64,000 nucleotides of DNA, from NCBI GenBank assembly GCA_964016885.1, contig OZ024743.1, positions 37,386,001-37,450,000 of the forward strand. Direction: 5' to 3'. The notes below the pieces were generated by a model. The model saw only the letters and a list, made by a program, of their open reading frames with translations, had not been told where the DNA came from and ran no database searches. This document shows, piece by piece, positions 28,322-39,930 of this stretch (position 1 is the stretch's first letter; the number at the start of each line of letters is the position of its first letter). Position numbers and translations under genes: made by a program. This DNA comes from Eledone cirrhosa (taxonomy: Eukaryota).

Positions 28322-29120
28322 ATAGAATTGTTTCTACTTTTGGCACAAGGCCAGCAATTAATCCAATGTATTACTGGTACTTTATTTCATCGACCCCGTG
28401 TAGTGTAATATAATGTATTGTAGTATATTGTATTTCTTCCACTTAGAATCTTAAAGAAGCAACAAATAGGTTTCTCAGCAGTTGTTTATGTTGCTGTCGC
28501 TCTGGTTGATTTTGTACTGTTGTTATTGATATTCCCGTTGTTATTTTTATTGCTGTTTCTGTTGTTTATGTTGCTAATGGTTACTGTTCCAATAATTGTT
28601 TCTATTTTATAGACCCCGTAAGGATGAAAGGCAAAGTTAACCTCGGCGGGAATTGAACTCAGATCGTAAAGGGACGTAACTATGCTGGAAAGCATGTCCG
28701 ACCCTCTACCGATACTGCCAATTCCCCGCCCTTCTGTTCCAATAATTGTTTCTACGTTAGGCACAAGGCCAGCAATTACCCAGTGCATTACTGGTACTTT
28801 ATTTTATCGACCCCGTAAGGATGAAAGGCAAAGTTAACCTTAGCGGGATTTGAACTCAGAAAGGCAAGGGCCGTAACTCTATACGTCAAAGCAATACTGC
28901 CAATACTGCCAATGATAGTACGATGTTGCTTATGTGGCTCTTGTTCTTGTTGTTATTCTTGCTATTGTCATTGCCGTTGTAATGGAAGTTACTGTTATGA
29001 TAACACTACTATCAGCTCTAGTTGGTGTGGCAAGTGTTGTTTTAATGGTTTTATGTGGTATAATAATAGTAGTGTTTGTTGTTTCTATTGCTCTCTTTGT
29101 TATTGGTGTTACTGTAGGTG

Positions 29121-29173
<53 letters not shown>

Positions 29174-29705
29174 GTTATTGTTGTAATTGTGGTAATAATG
29201 GTTTCTCATTTAGGCACAAGGCCTTCAATTTGAAGGGGAGGGGATAGTCGATTAAATCCACCCCACTGCATTACGGGTACTTTATTTTATCGACTCCGTA
29301 AGGATGAAAGGCAAAGCTAATCTCGACGAGATTTGTACTCAGAATGTAAAGAGCCGTAACTCTATCTATGTTGCAAAGGATGATGTCCGCCGCCATACCG
29401 ATTCTGTCAATCCACAGATTTAGGACGTCTGATAATTGTTTCTACTTTTGGCACAAGGCCAACAATAACTCAGTACATTACTGGTACTTTATTTTATCGA
29501 CCCCGTAAGGATGAAAGGCAAAGTTAACCTCGACGGGGTTTCAACTCAGAACGTAAAGGGACGTAACTATGCTAGAAAGCATGGCGTCCAACCGTCTACC
29601 GATACTTCCTTCTAATTTAGGAACAAGATCAGCAATCTGCGGTTCGAGGAACAAGCGCTTAAATCAACCCCGATATCTGACTGGTACTTTATTTTATCGA
29701 CTCCG
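28322..29705 (-). mobile_element. Cluster of about 6 SINE A copies and fragments
   Basis: Copies at about 28325-28400, 28597-28733, 28745-28910, 29195-29415, 29432-29605 and 29610-29705. Confidence 0.85.
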
Positions 29706-30128
29706 GAAAGAACATAAATCTCTGGAACAAATACCACAAAACATTTGTCTGATGATCCAACAACTCTTCCAGTCCACCATTTGTTGTAATTAATAATAGC
29801 AATTGCTGCTGTGGTTGTTTTTGATGTTCTGGTAGTAGTAGTAGTAGTAGCAGAGCAGCAGCAGCAGCAGCAGTAGCAGTAGTAGTAGTAGAAGTAATAT
29901 TATTATTATTATTGAATGCTATGGTTGACGGAGGCTCGGCTCTGTAAGGTATAGTAATTTTTAACCGTTAAAACAATTGTAAATTGTTTAAAACTTGAAC
30001 CAAATTGTTGATAAAGACACCCTCCTCCTCGTGAGAGGGGTCTTTCTGTCCGTTATTTGGCCCTTCGGGGTTAAATAACCAGTTATTGGGGTTTTGTACC
30101 CAATATTCATTTTAAACAAAAAAACAAC

Positions 30129-32236
30129 ATGGCTACGAAAAAGAAATTTCATACGTCACTCCCACTCATTCCGTCTTCTTCTTCCTCAATCATCACTACA
30201 GCAGAGAGAAGATTGTCTCTCTCCCTCCCTTCTTTAAATGTGTCTCTCTCCCTCCCTTCTCTTTCGCAAGTGACGAAAGAAAAGAAAAGTCTCGTGCAAA
30301 GCGTGCAAGGTTTCTCCACGACGACGACGACAGCGACGAAACAGGTGTGCGGGAAATACGAAAACCCAGTTCATTCGTCTGACGTCAGGAATAATAGCAG
30401 TAGCAGCCGTAATAACAACAGCAACAGTGACAATGAAAACAACAGTAGCAGCCGCAACAGCATCACCAGCAGCATAAACAACAACAGCATTAGCAGCAGC
30501 AACACCAACAACAACCACAGCAACAGCGGCGGAGGCAGTAGTCGTAGTACCTGCAGCAACAACAAAAGTACCAGCAGCTCTGACGACAACAACAACAGCA
30601 GCAGCAGAGAAAAACGAATCTCATTTGCAGGTATTGCGAAAAACTTGGAAACAATCCTCATAACAAATGAGGAATTAGAGGAAGCGAAGAAGATGGTGAC
30701 AAAGAACGGACACCGAGCAATCTGCAAGGCAGCGGAAACATTTTTCGAAACCCAAGAGCACTGTACGGTCACGTACCGTACAGTAAGTACAAAATCCCGT
30801 AGGGTGGAAAGAGCCACAGAGGCCCAAATACAAAAAGCCTTGGGATCTGTGTGGCAGCGGAAAACGCACATCACCCGAGGCAAAAAATATGCCACCGTAG
30901 ACGTACTTTTTGCCACACCCCAGGAGGCAAAGGCCCAATCAGTAGTGACCCTAAGGAGCGAGGAAATGGTGTTGGTGCCCTCCTACTGCGGGCAAAAAAT
31001 TGTGAGGGTCAAACTGACCCACGCCCCCCCCCCCCCCCCCCCGGAATGGCCCCTTCTTGGCTGGCCGCGTCTGTCCTCGTCGGAATCGAGGACAAAACAA
31101 CTGTACTGCAAGTACAGAAAAAAGTTCGAGAAGATTGGGTCGGCACCTCCATTGAGATGTTAATCCAAACCAACCAGGAGTGCATCGAAGCTATCCCGGA
31201 TGTGATAGACTTCGATAACGGCACTCAACTGCCCATAAGTGTTGAGGGCAAACGCCCGAAATGCTTTCGCTGTGGATCGAAGACTCACCTCAGGGCCTTC
31301 TGCAACGAGAAGACCCTGAGAAAGGAGAAAACCCCCCTCCTTCCGAAACCGGCTCCACGGCTACCAGCAATAGGACAAGCGGCAACCAGGAACGATAGGT
31401 CCGTGGCACCCATACCCACTCCACGGAAATCAAAAACAGCAGCAGCAGTGGAAATACTAACAACAACAACAGCAATACCAAATGCAGCTGCAACAGAGAC
31501 TCCAGTGCAAACATCACCAACAACAACAAGTGAAAGAGTGGAGTTGGTACCCCTCCCCGACCTCACAGAATCAGACATGGAGTGTGAGGTGGGAGAGAGA
31601 TGGCAAAAGGTCGTAAGAAGGCACAAACGCAGCGCATCGTCGCCTTTGAAAAGGGAGGAAAGAAATGAGAAAAGGGTAAAGTCTACTGCAAAGAGACCCA
31701 CAGCAGCAACAACACCAACACCATCACCACCCACACTAGCGCCACCATCACCACCGGCGACAACCCCACCGCCAACAACACCTTCAACACCACCACCACA
31801 AGCACCAACATCGCAAACACAACAACAAAACACACACACCCAGCAACAACGACAAGAACATAGCAGAACCACACCCCACCCCCAGAAAAACAAATGCACG
31901 GCAATAAATACACACAACAAGAAACTAATGACTTACATAATTGAACACACAGACATTTCACAACAGGACTACATAATACCAGCACCAATCAAAACGCCAA
32001 CTAACATAAGACTGCTAAAAATAGCACAGAAACAATACACAAATATTAAAACGAAATTCCCCAACGCAGTTGGTGATTTCAGGGACCTAGGAGGAACCAT
32101 CAATCGAAGAGTATACTCAGACATTCTCTTAGAAGAGCCGACGACCAGCCGAAGGGACGATTCAACGGTCCCTTCACCAGACGATCAAGTGAAAAGGGAT
32201 GTAAAAACCATCCCTCCTCTACCAAAAGTACGGTAA
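30129..32236 (+). CDS. LINE ORF1 (gag-like, zinc knuckle), frameshifted in a poly-C run
   Basis: ORFs 30129-31163 and 30851-32236 join at the C19 run (31024-31042); ISVEGKRPKCFRCGSKTHLRAFC is a CX2CX4HX4C knuckle. Confidence 0.8.
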
Positions 32237-32270
32237 GTGGTCTTTCCCATCTTTCCACTCTATTTTAAAC

Positions 32271-33044
32271 ATGACCTCACTCAGAATAGGCAGCATAAAT
32301 GCGCGTGGCTTGGGGTCGTCATGGAAGCAGGGTCACCTGCTCAACGACCTCAGGTCACTAAACATAGATGTAGTGGCCATCAGCGAGACCAGAATCTCCG
32401 AAGCACGGGCCTTCGCACCGATCTTCGGCGGCTACGATGTGTACGCATCTCCCAGCCGTCCTGGATCCGGTGGAGGAGTTGCTGTACTTTTTCGGAGAGG
32501 TTTGGATCTCGCCATACGGGCCATCTTCCTGGACCCAGAGGGTAAGCTGGTGGTGCTGGACGTGACCAGCGGAGACGGGCAAGCTTTCAGGCTAGTGGCC
32601 GTCTATGCCCCGACAGGAGCAGGGCGGCCTGATTTCTTCCGGCGTCTGGAGACCTTTCTTGGAACGTCGCGCTCTTTAGTGTTAGTGGGCGACTGGAACG
32701 GGATCTTAGATGCACGCTGGGACTGTGTGGGATTAGCGGATAGGGGTGGAGGGTGCAAGAGCCTCACCAACCTGCTCAGGCGTTTTGAACTGTCTGACAG
32801 GTACCGATTGGATTTCCCGAATGTGCCAATGTGGACTTGGACAAACCGCATAGGGTCATCCAGATCATATCTAGATAGAGTATTTTGTAGGGAAATAGAT
32901 AGGTCTAGCATAGGCTGTCCACAATTCAAGATAGTCAGCTACACGGACCACAAATTCGTGACCTGTGTGCTTGACTTAGATAGGCTTCATAGACGAGGAC
33001 CCGGCTACTGGAAGCTAAACGCGTCCTTACAGAGACCGGATTAG
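32271..33044 (+). CDS. LINE ORF2 N-terminal apurinic-like endonuclease
   Basis: SINARGL, ISET, VYAP, GDWN, LDR, TDH and YWKLN motifs of L1/Tx1 APE. Confidence 0.9.
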   Translation: MTSLRIGSINARGLGSSWKQGHLLNDLRSLNIDVVAISETRISEARAFAPIFGGYDVYASPSRPGSGGGVAVLFRRGLDLAIRAIFLDPEGKLVVLDVTSGDGQAFRLVAVYAPTGAGRPDFFRRLETFLGTSRSLVLVGDWNGILDARWDCVGLADRGGGCKSLTNLLRRFELSDRYRLDFPNVPMWTWTNRIGSSRSYLDRVFCREIDRSSIGCPQFKIVSYTDHKFVTCVLDLDRLHRRGPGYWKLNASLQRPD

Positions 33045-33063
33045 CGAACTAGTTAAGCGGGCG

Positions 33064-35673
33064 TTGACGGGGGCCATCGTCAACAACAAGTGGTGGTTTG
33101 CTCTGAAAAGAGCGATTAGAATAGAATCGATTAGATTTAGTAAGGCTTTAGCAATAGAGAAAAATAGAGCAGAGGGAGAACTAGTTAGAAAATTAGACGA
33201 GGCGCTTAGCAAAGGCATTGCGACCGACGTGCTTGCGGCGAAACTGGCCCTTGACCAATTCTTCAATGCAAAGCACGAAGGCTGCGTTGTCAGAGCAAGG
33301 GTGCGTGCTCTCAGACACGAGGGGACGAAAGCCGTTCAATGGGCCCGAGTGGCGGAGGCGCGTCGTGGCAACAAAGCCACGATCCGGTCTTTGGTGGACC
33401 ACGACCGGCGCATGCTACTCGATCCCGGGCAAATGTGTGAAGCTTTTCAGCGACACTTCGCTCAGCTGTTCGGGGGCAGCGGTGGGCCGGGTAGAGGGAT
33501 GGACTTTAGTGTCTACCTCGACGGACTGCCGCGGCTCTCGGCCACTGAGGCGAAGTGTTGCGAAAAGCCGATAACAGCCGCTGAAGTACGGGAGGCAATG
33601 ACTGGCTGCACAAGGGGTAAATCGCCTGGTTTGGATGGTCTGCCCTATGAACTTTACGTACAGATGCCAGACTTGTTCGGAGGCCTCTTGGCGGACGTCT
33701 ACTGCAACTGGCAACAGAACGGGAGAATTCCCAGTTCTGTGAGCCGAGGAGCGGTGGCACTGCTGAGAAAGGATCCGAACAAGGGGGATAACATAGACAA
33801 TTTCCGGCCCATAACTCTGCTAAACACAGAGTTTAAGATTTTGGCCAAGGTGCTAGCAAAGAGGTTGGCGCTTGTCGTTGGTGGTCTGGTGGGAGAGGCG
33901 CAGACATGCGCCATTCCCGACAGATCCATCCACGACAACCTCCACCTCATGCGATACATCGTAGAGAGGGTAGCTAGGGAACCTGGCACGGGTGGGTCCT
34001 TGATCAATTTAGATCAGTCAAAAGCTTTCGATAGGGTCGACCATCGTTACCTAGCGGCAGTCCTGAGGGCGGCTGGCTTTGGTCCGGTCTTCAGAGGCTG
34101 GATCGCTGCCATGCACAGCGACATCTGCTCTGTAGTGAGAGTGAACGGTCACCTGTCGGAACCGTTCAACATCATGCGCTCGGTCCGCCAAGGATGTCCC
34201 CTCTCGTCCCTCTTGTACGTATTGACTCTCGAGCCATTACTGCACAAACTGGAGACGTTGAGGGGAGTCCCGCGCGAACTAGGATGCGGAAGATCCGTGT
34301 CAGCATATGCGGACGATGTCACCGTAGTGGTGTCGAACGCCAAACACATCGAGGCGATCGGCACTACACTAAGAGAATACGAAGCGGTGACAGGAGCAAT
34401 GATCAACCAGGAAAAGTCAGTGGGCCTGCAGCTCGGCACCTGGAGAGGCAGGTCCATGCCGTCTAACAGCGTCGTCGGGCGCTGGACGGACGGACCGGTT
34501 AAATTGCTAGGGGTCTGGTTCGGTCCGGACCTCCAGACGGACAAAAACTGGGACGAGGTGACGAGCAGGGTGGCTTCTCTCACCCAGAAATGGGCGGAGA
34601 GGAAGCTATCCCTGAAAGGTCGAGCGGAGGTGGCTAACGCGTACATCGCGTCTGTCATCTGCTACCGCCTAACCGTCGTACCTTGTCCTAAGCCTCGCCT
34701 GACTGCGCTGGAGCGTTTGCTCTTTCGCTTTTTGTGGAAGGGACGTGCTCCGATGGTCAGGCGGTCCATCTGTTGTCAACACCCGCTACGTGGAGGGCTG
34801 GGCATGCCGTGGCTGATGATGCGCAGGCACGCGCTCAGGCTACGACATCTCCACCTCTTCCTCGACGGTGATCAGGTGTGGTCGCCGTTTGCTAGACGCG
34901 TTTTTCCCCAGCTCGTTTCCTTGACGGAGCTGCAGTCCTGGGTCAAGCGAAGACCGAGAGGGAGCGCCTGGAGACTGGAATGTCTTCAGGCGCTCACAGC
35001 CCTCGACCAATCGGGCAATGTGATCGGTGGAAACTCCACCTCGGCGTTCTATAGAGGATTAGTGGAGGGGAAGAGCGACGACGTACTTGGGGAAACTCTA
35101 GGCGTCGACGAAAATCAACTAGCCAATCTCTTCGGAAGAACTTTCGGGCCAGGGCCTATGGACAACTTCCAGAAATCTCTGGCCTGGCAGTGCTACCGAG
35201 GAGCCTTGCCAGTTCGGGATAAACTCTACAGGCATGGAGGTGCCGTCAGCCGGGCATGTCCGAGATGCGCGCAGGGCGACGAAACCGTCCTGCACGCATT
35301 CGTCCAGTGTCCGAAAATTGCTGACTTGTGGGTTTATGTCGAACACCTGCTGTCGCGTTTAGGACGAATCCAGCTATCATCTGAGTCTATCGTGAGGATT
35401 GCCCCGCCCTCCTCCTTTAGCCGGGAAGGGCAGGCAGTTTTTATCTGTCTGGTGGCCATGGCGAAAGAGATAGTATGGTGGACACGTTTGAAAGGGCTGA
35501 AGACGAGCACTTACCTCTTCGGTGATGCTCTGATTGACTTTTTCAAATTTCATTTGAAAAGGAAAATCAGAGTAGAGAGGGAAGTGCTCTCTTCCCAGCA
35601 TTTTGTTGAAAGATGGGTGAGAGAAGCAAGAATGGCCCGAGTGAATGGGCCTACTCTGAGCATATATCTGTAA
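33064..35673 (+). CDS. LINE ORF2 reverse transcriptase and C-terminal zinc-binding region
   Basis: KSPGLDG, RPITLLN, KAFDRVDH, RQGCPLS, YADD, GGLG and CPRC..ETVLHAFVQC; separated from the APE by a frameshift near 33030. Confidence 0.92.
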   Translation: MTGAIVNNKWWFALKRAIRIESIRFSKALAIEKNRAEGELVRKLDEALSKGIATDVLAAKLALDQFFNAKHEGCVVRARVRALRHEGTKAVQWARVAEARRGNKATIRSLVDHDRRMLLDPGQMCEAFQRHFAQLFGGSGGPGRGMDFSVYLDGLPRLSATEAKCCEKPITAAEVREAMTGCTRGKSPGLDGLPYELYVQMPDLFGGLLADVYCNWQQNGRIPSSVSRGAVALLRKDPNKGDNIDNFRPITLLNTEFKILAKVLAKRLALVVGGLVGEAQTCAIPDRSIHDNLHLMRYIVERVAREPGTGGSLINLDQSKAFDRVDHRYLAAVLRAAGFGPVFRGWIAAMHSDICSVVRVNGHLSEPFNIMRSVRQGCPLSSLLYVLTLEPLLHKLETLRGVPRELGCGRSVSAYADDVTVVVSNAKHIEAIGTTLREYEAVTGAMINQEKSVGLQLGTWRGRSMPSNSVVGRWTDGPVKLLGVWFGPDLQTDKNWDEVTSRVASLTQKWAERKLSLKGRAEVANAYIASVICYRLTVVPCPKPRLTALERLLFRFLWKGRAPMVRRSICCQHPLRGGLGMPWLMMRRHALRLRHLHLFLDGDQVWSPFARRVFPQLVSLTELQSWVKRRPRGSAWRLECLQALTALDQSGNVIGGNSTSAFYRGLVEGKSDDVLGETLGVDENQLANLFGRTFGPGPMDNFQKSLAWQCYRGALPVRDKLYRHGGAVSRACPRCAQGDETVLHAFVQCPKIADLWVYVEHLLSRLGRIQLSSESIVRIAPPSSFSREGQAVFICLVAMAKEIVWWTRLKGLKTSTYLFGDALIDFFKFHLKRKIRVEREVLSSQHFVERWVREARMARVNGPTLSIYL

Positions 35674-35974
35674 ATTAAAGGTGGAAAACTGGGAGAGGGC
35701 ACTTGCCTTGGTGGTCAGGGTCATTGTGGCTTTTTACTGGGCTTTCTCCACAAATGTCCCTCCGAAGTCTCCCCCCTATTGGGGAATTTTTCATTGTTAT
35801 TTTCATTGTTATTTTTGTTACATCCTCTGTTTTTGTTTTTTTACACGCAGAAATGCCCATTTGTACCGTCCTGCATTGTCCTGCACTGTCCTTAATGTCT
35901 ACTTTATGTAAACCCTTGTGGTTAATAAAGAAATCATTATTATTATTATTATTAATATTATTATTATTATTATT

Positions 35975-38900
35975 ACAGTTGCATTTATCTTGCTTTATGT
36001 TCATACGAGTTATCACCAAGTCACAACCAGTGACCTCAAGAGACAACAAGGTCCGCCATGTTCAAGAAAGAACATACATATTCACACATGCATCTTTAGT
36101 GTTTAGAGTTGTGATGTACTTATATTGACAGAATCTTCCTTAGTATATGGGCAGTTCCCATTAGTACTATCTTTTGTATTTCTCCTATACGCGGGTTTCC
36201 TGGGATTTGTGATATGTAATCATTAGACACCTTAGGTATCATTGCCAGAGCGCCTACAACCACTGATATTGTTTTAGTTCTCAATTTCCCCATTTTTCCA
36301 ATTTCTATCTCCAGGTCCTTATACTTGCTCAATTTTTCAAATGTTTTTATACATTCTTGTCTATTGGAACAGATATATCAATTAGCAGGCATACCCTCTT
36401 TTGAAAGTCTTTCAATATTATATCAGGTCTGTTTGCATCTATTTTTCGGTCTGTTTGGATGCTAAAGTTCCACAAGATTGAGATGTGATCTTTTTCAAGT
36501 ATGGGAGGTGGTTGATGCTCCCACCAATTCTTTTGATGGGGCAGGTCAAAATGCTTACACATTATCCAATGTATGTATTGTGCAGCTCTGTCATGGCTGT
36601 TTAGGTATTCGGTTGGAGCTATAGGACTGCACATTGAAATTATATGGTCAATGGTCTCTGGTTGTTTTTTGCATACACGGCATAATGGGCTGCACCCGTT
36701 TTTTATTATGTTGGCTTGGTAATTTTTTGTTGGCAGACACTGATCTTGTGCCGATATAATCAGTCCTTCAGTCTCCGATTTCAGTCCAGAGGATGCCAAC
36801 CACTGATGGGTTAAAGTTTTGTCAACATCAGGATTGTTAGCTCGCTCTGGGTATTTTCCATACAAAGGCTTTTCTTGCCATTTCTTAGCCAGTTTCTGTA
36901 GCAGTTCTTTCTTTGCAGTTACTTTTACCTGCTTTGCTTTTTCTGTGTTTTCCATTTCAGCAGTAAATGGGACTTCTGAAATTTGTAGTCCGTTACTGTA
37001 TCTTTGTGCATCTTTTGTAATGGAATATGATCTTTTGATGCTTTCGTGTTTCAAAACGAGTTTGATCATTCAATCATGTGATTCCCTTAGATATGTAGAT
37101 AATCCAATTGTTGCAGTTTTCAACGCAATGTCTAACTGGATTAACCCACGTCCTCCTTCTTTCCTAGGGAGATATATTCTATCTATATCTGCCTTAGGGT
37201 GATGCATTCTGTGCATGGTTAAGAATTTTCGAATTTTTGTATCGAGCCTACGGATCTCTGTGCTTGACCAGTTGATGACATTGTAACTGTAGGTTACTAC
37301 TGGTATGGCAAGCGTGTTTATGGCATCGATCCTATTCCTTGCATTGAATTCCGTTCTTAAGATTGCTCTTACTCTGCGGTAACATTCCTTCCTTATCCTT
37401 TCCCTCATTGTCGAGTGCTTGATTCCGTCTCCTTCACAAACACCTAGATATTTGTAAGTTTTTTCTTGATCAAGTTCTCTTATCACGTTCCCCCGATCAA
37501 GATTAATGTCTGAACTCTTCAGCAGCTTTCCTCTGGTGAACGTTGCTTTGGCGCATTTATCTAGTCCAAACTCCATTTTAATGTCATCACTGAACTGCTT
37601 CACAGTGGATAATAGCCCTTGCAATTGTTCATCATTTTTTGCAAATAGTTTCAGGTCATCCATGTAGAACAGGTGATTAATGGTTTTGTCATAGACTTTA
37701 TATCCATGTTTTGTTTCATTGAGCATTTTACTTAATGGTATAAGTGCGATGCAGAATAAAAGCGGTGATAAAGAGTCACCCTGAAAAATTCCACAATTAA
37801 TATTAACTTCTCCAGCTTCCAGTGATTTTGTTTCACTATTCAAAAGGAGTGTCGTTTTCCATGTCTTCATACTGAATGACAAAAACCTCCTGACAACGGG
37901 GGATACTTTGAAAATCTCTAAACATTTTTCAATCCAACTGTGTGGTAAACTATCAAATGCTTTTTTATAATCTATCCAAGCAATCGATAGATTTTTGTGT
38001 CAATTATGACAATCTTCCAGTATCATTTTGTTAACCAGAAGCTGATCCTTACAGCCATATGAGCCTCGTTTACACCCTTTCTGCTCAATGGGAAATAGGT
38101 CATTTGTTATCAGGTGGTCATATGTGTATTCAGTTAGGACTGATGTTAAAATTTTATACATTGTGGTCAAGCAAGTTATCGGTCTGTAATTTTTGGGATT
38201 GTTTGTCTCATCATTCTTCGGAAGCAGGAATGTAATGCCGTTAACTAGCCATGAAGGTATCTTTTCTGGCTCCTTAACTATTTCATTGTAAAGTTGGGCT
38301 AACAGCTCATGAGACTCTGTGAAGGCATTTATCCAAAAGTTTTGTATTTTGTCTTTTCCTGGGGATTTCCATTTGCTGGTTTTTCTTAGAGCCAAGCGTA
38401 ACTGTTCAACTGTTATATTTTCCCATGTTTGTTCCTCAAGGTGAGCTGTATCTTTCATTTGTCTGTCTATCCATGGGGCATGTATGTTATGAACTTTTTC
38501 TTCGGCCCAGATCTTTTCCCAGAATTCTTGCACTTCCTCCTTGGGTGGTATTGATTTAGCAGTTATTGTTGACTTACCAATTTTTCTGTAGAAGTTTCTT
38601 TGGTTGTTTTTGAACATATTATTGTCCTTATAGAATCTAGATCGTTTTTCAAAGCGCCTTATACGAGCAGCTTTGGCCGACACTTTTTGCTTGATTATTT
38701 CTATCAGCATGTCTATGTCACATGTTGATTTTATACTGTACTTTTTTTTCAATTTTCTAAGTTTAGTTTGTTTAACATGCTCACCTACTTTATAGTTTGT
38801 TAAAATTTCTATGTCAGATCGGAGAAGCTTTATTTGGCGATTGATGTTCTCTTGCCAAGTAGATTTCTTGTGGGAATTCCTTTGTTTTTTCATCTTCACT

Positions 38901-39930
38901 CCACATAAATGAGTGGTGACTTTAGCCGATGCATAATAGAGATGATTTAAATCAGTAATGTTTAGTTTGTTTGTGTTGATAATGTTTTTGAGAATTATGT
39001 TAGTCTTGTGTATTATCTTTAGGTTCTGTTTGGAGTTCTGGATCTTAGGGAGGGTGTCTCGTTGCCCCATGTCAGATTCTTTCATTTTCATCCATTCGAT
39101 AATAATTTCACCCTTCAAGTTGGCAAGTTCGTTCTCATTCATTTCTTTATCATTTACGATCTCATTATTTTCATTTGGAGTTTCATCCTGAGCATGCACT
39201 CCCTCCACTTTTTCGATCCTTTCTTTAATTTGTTCTGATGCCAGTGATTCCGCCCCAACCCTGGGATTCGAAGTGTTACAGTTTACCTCGTTTTCACTGA
39301 CACATGTTTCATTTTCCCTTCGCTGACTTTGTGCTAATAGCTTGATCTGATCAATTTCTATATCAGTTAGTAACTTTTTTCTTACAATATTTCTTCGTAT
39401 ATTGGCTAGTTTGTTACTGTCAATATAGCCTCTGTTTTCGGGATGTTTCTTTTTTCAGTTGATATATGTCTGTTCTGTATTCGATGTATTTGATGGGTAG
39501 TACATGGCAGTGTAGAAAGCCTCAAGGACTTCTTTATTATCTTCCCTTGACCATTTTTCTCTCTTTTTCTTTGGATTTCTTGGTGGTGAGCATGGAGGGC
39601 CAACAGTAGGAGTATTCCGGTTATGGGAGGTCTCCAGCTCCGAAGTGATGGGAAGGTTTGAACCATTAGCTGATTTTTCGACCCCAGTCTGGTTCCTCTC
39701 TGAGGGACGCGGCCCTTTTTTACCCGGGTGACGGCCGATCCAGTATGAGATTTTATCATTAGACATTTACTTTATTTTGTCGCGTTTTATCCTTATCCGC
39801 CAAGGGGTAATCATTTCGTGTTACCACTTCTAGAACGAGTGTCAACCAAGACTAGAGGGGTCGTTCTCCCCTAGAGACACGGCTATTCCCCGCCGGCCGC
39901 CATCCCGGTATTTCTTGGTCACGGGTTTTC
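35975..39930 (-). mobile_element. Near-full-length R4/Dong-clade non-LTR retrotransposon (RT plus restriction-like endonuclease), disrupted
   Basis: N-terminal REKWSREDN; RT motifs WKSPGKD, YRPITCL, GIFQGDSLSP, YMDD; CRVC..ETIDHIISMC; RPDII..D..IDISVP..KYKDL (PD-D/ExK REL). In-frame TGA at 38000 and 37070, frameshifts near 39450 and 36350; (AAT)n tail. Confidence 0.88.

Larger units (their letters stand above)
29914..35935 (+). mobile_element. Near-full-length Tx1/L1-clade non-LTR retrotransposon
   Basis: 5'UTR, ORF1 with CCHC knuckle, ORF2 with APE, RT and C-terminal Cys/His motif, 3'UTR with AATAAA, (ATT)n tail. Candidate TSD taatattattattattatt at 29895-29913 and 35953-35971. Confidence 0.92.

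Noticed and set aside
30020-30035. cctcctcgtg resembling the HDV-like L3 motif
   Set aside because: P3 does not close and no P1 or J4/2 was found; treated as a plain hairpin.
31285-34658. Antisense ORFs over the Tx1 element (and 49295-49963 over the CRE element)
   Set aside because: Shadow ORFs of GC-rich coding sequence with no recognisable motifs.
37070-38002. Two in-frame TGA codons in the Dong-like ORF as possible selenocysteine or readthrough
   Set aside because: Context suggests Arg (CGA) and Trp (TGG) point mutations, the element also has frameshifts, and no SECIS was seen.
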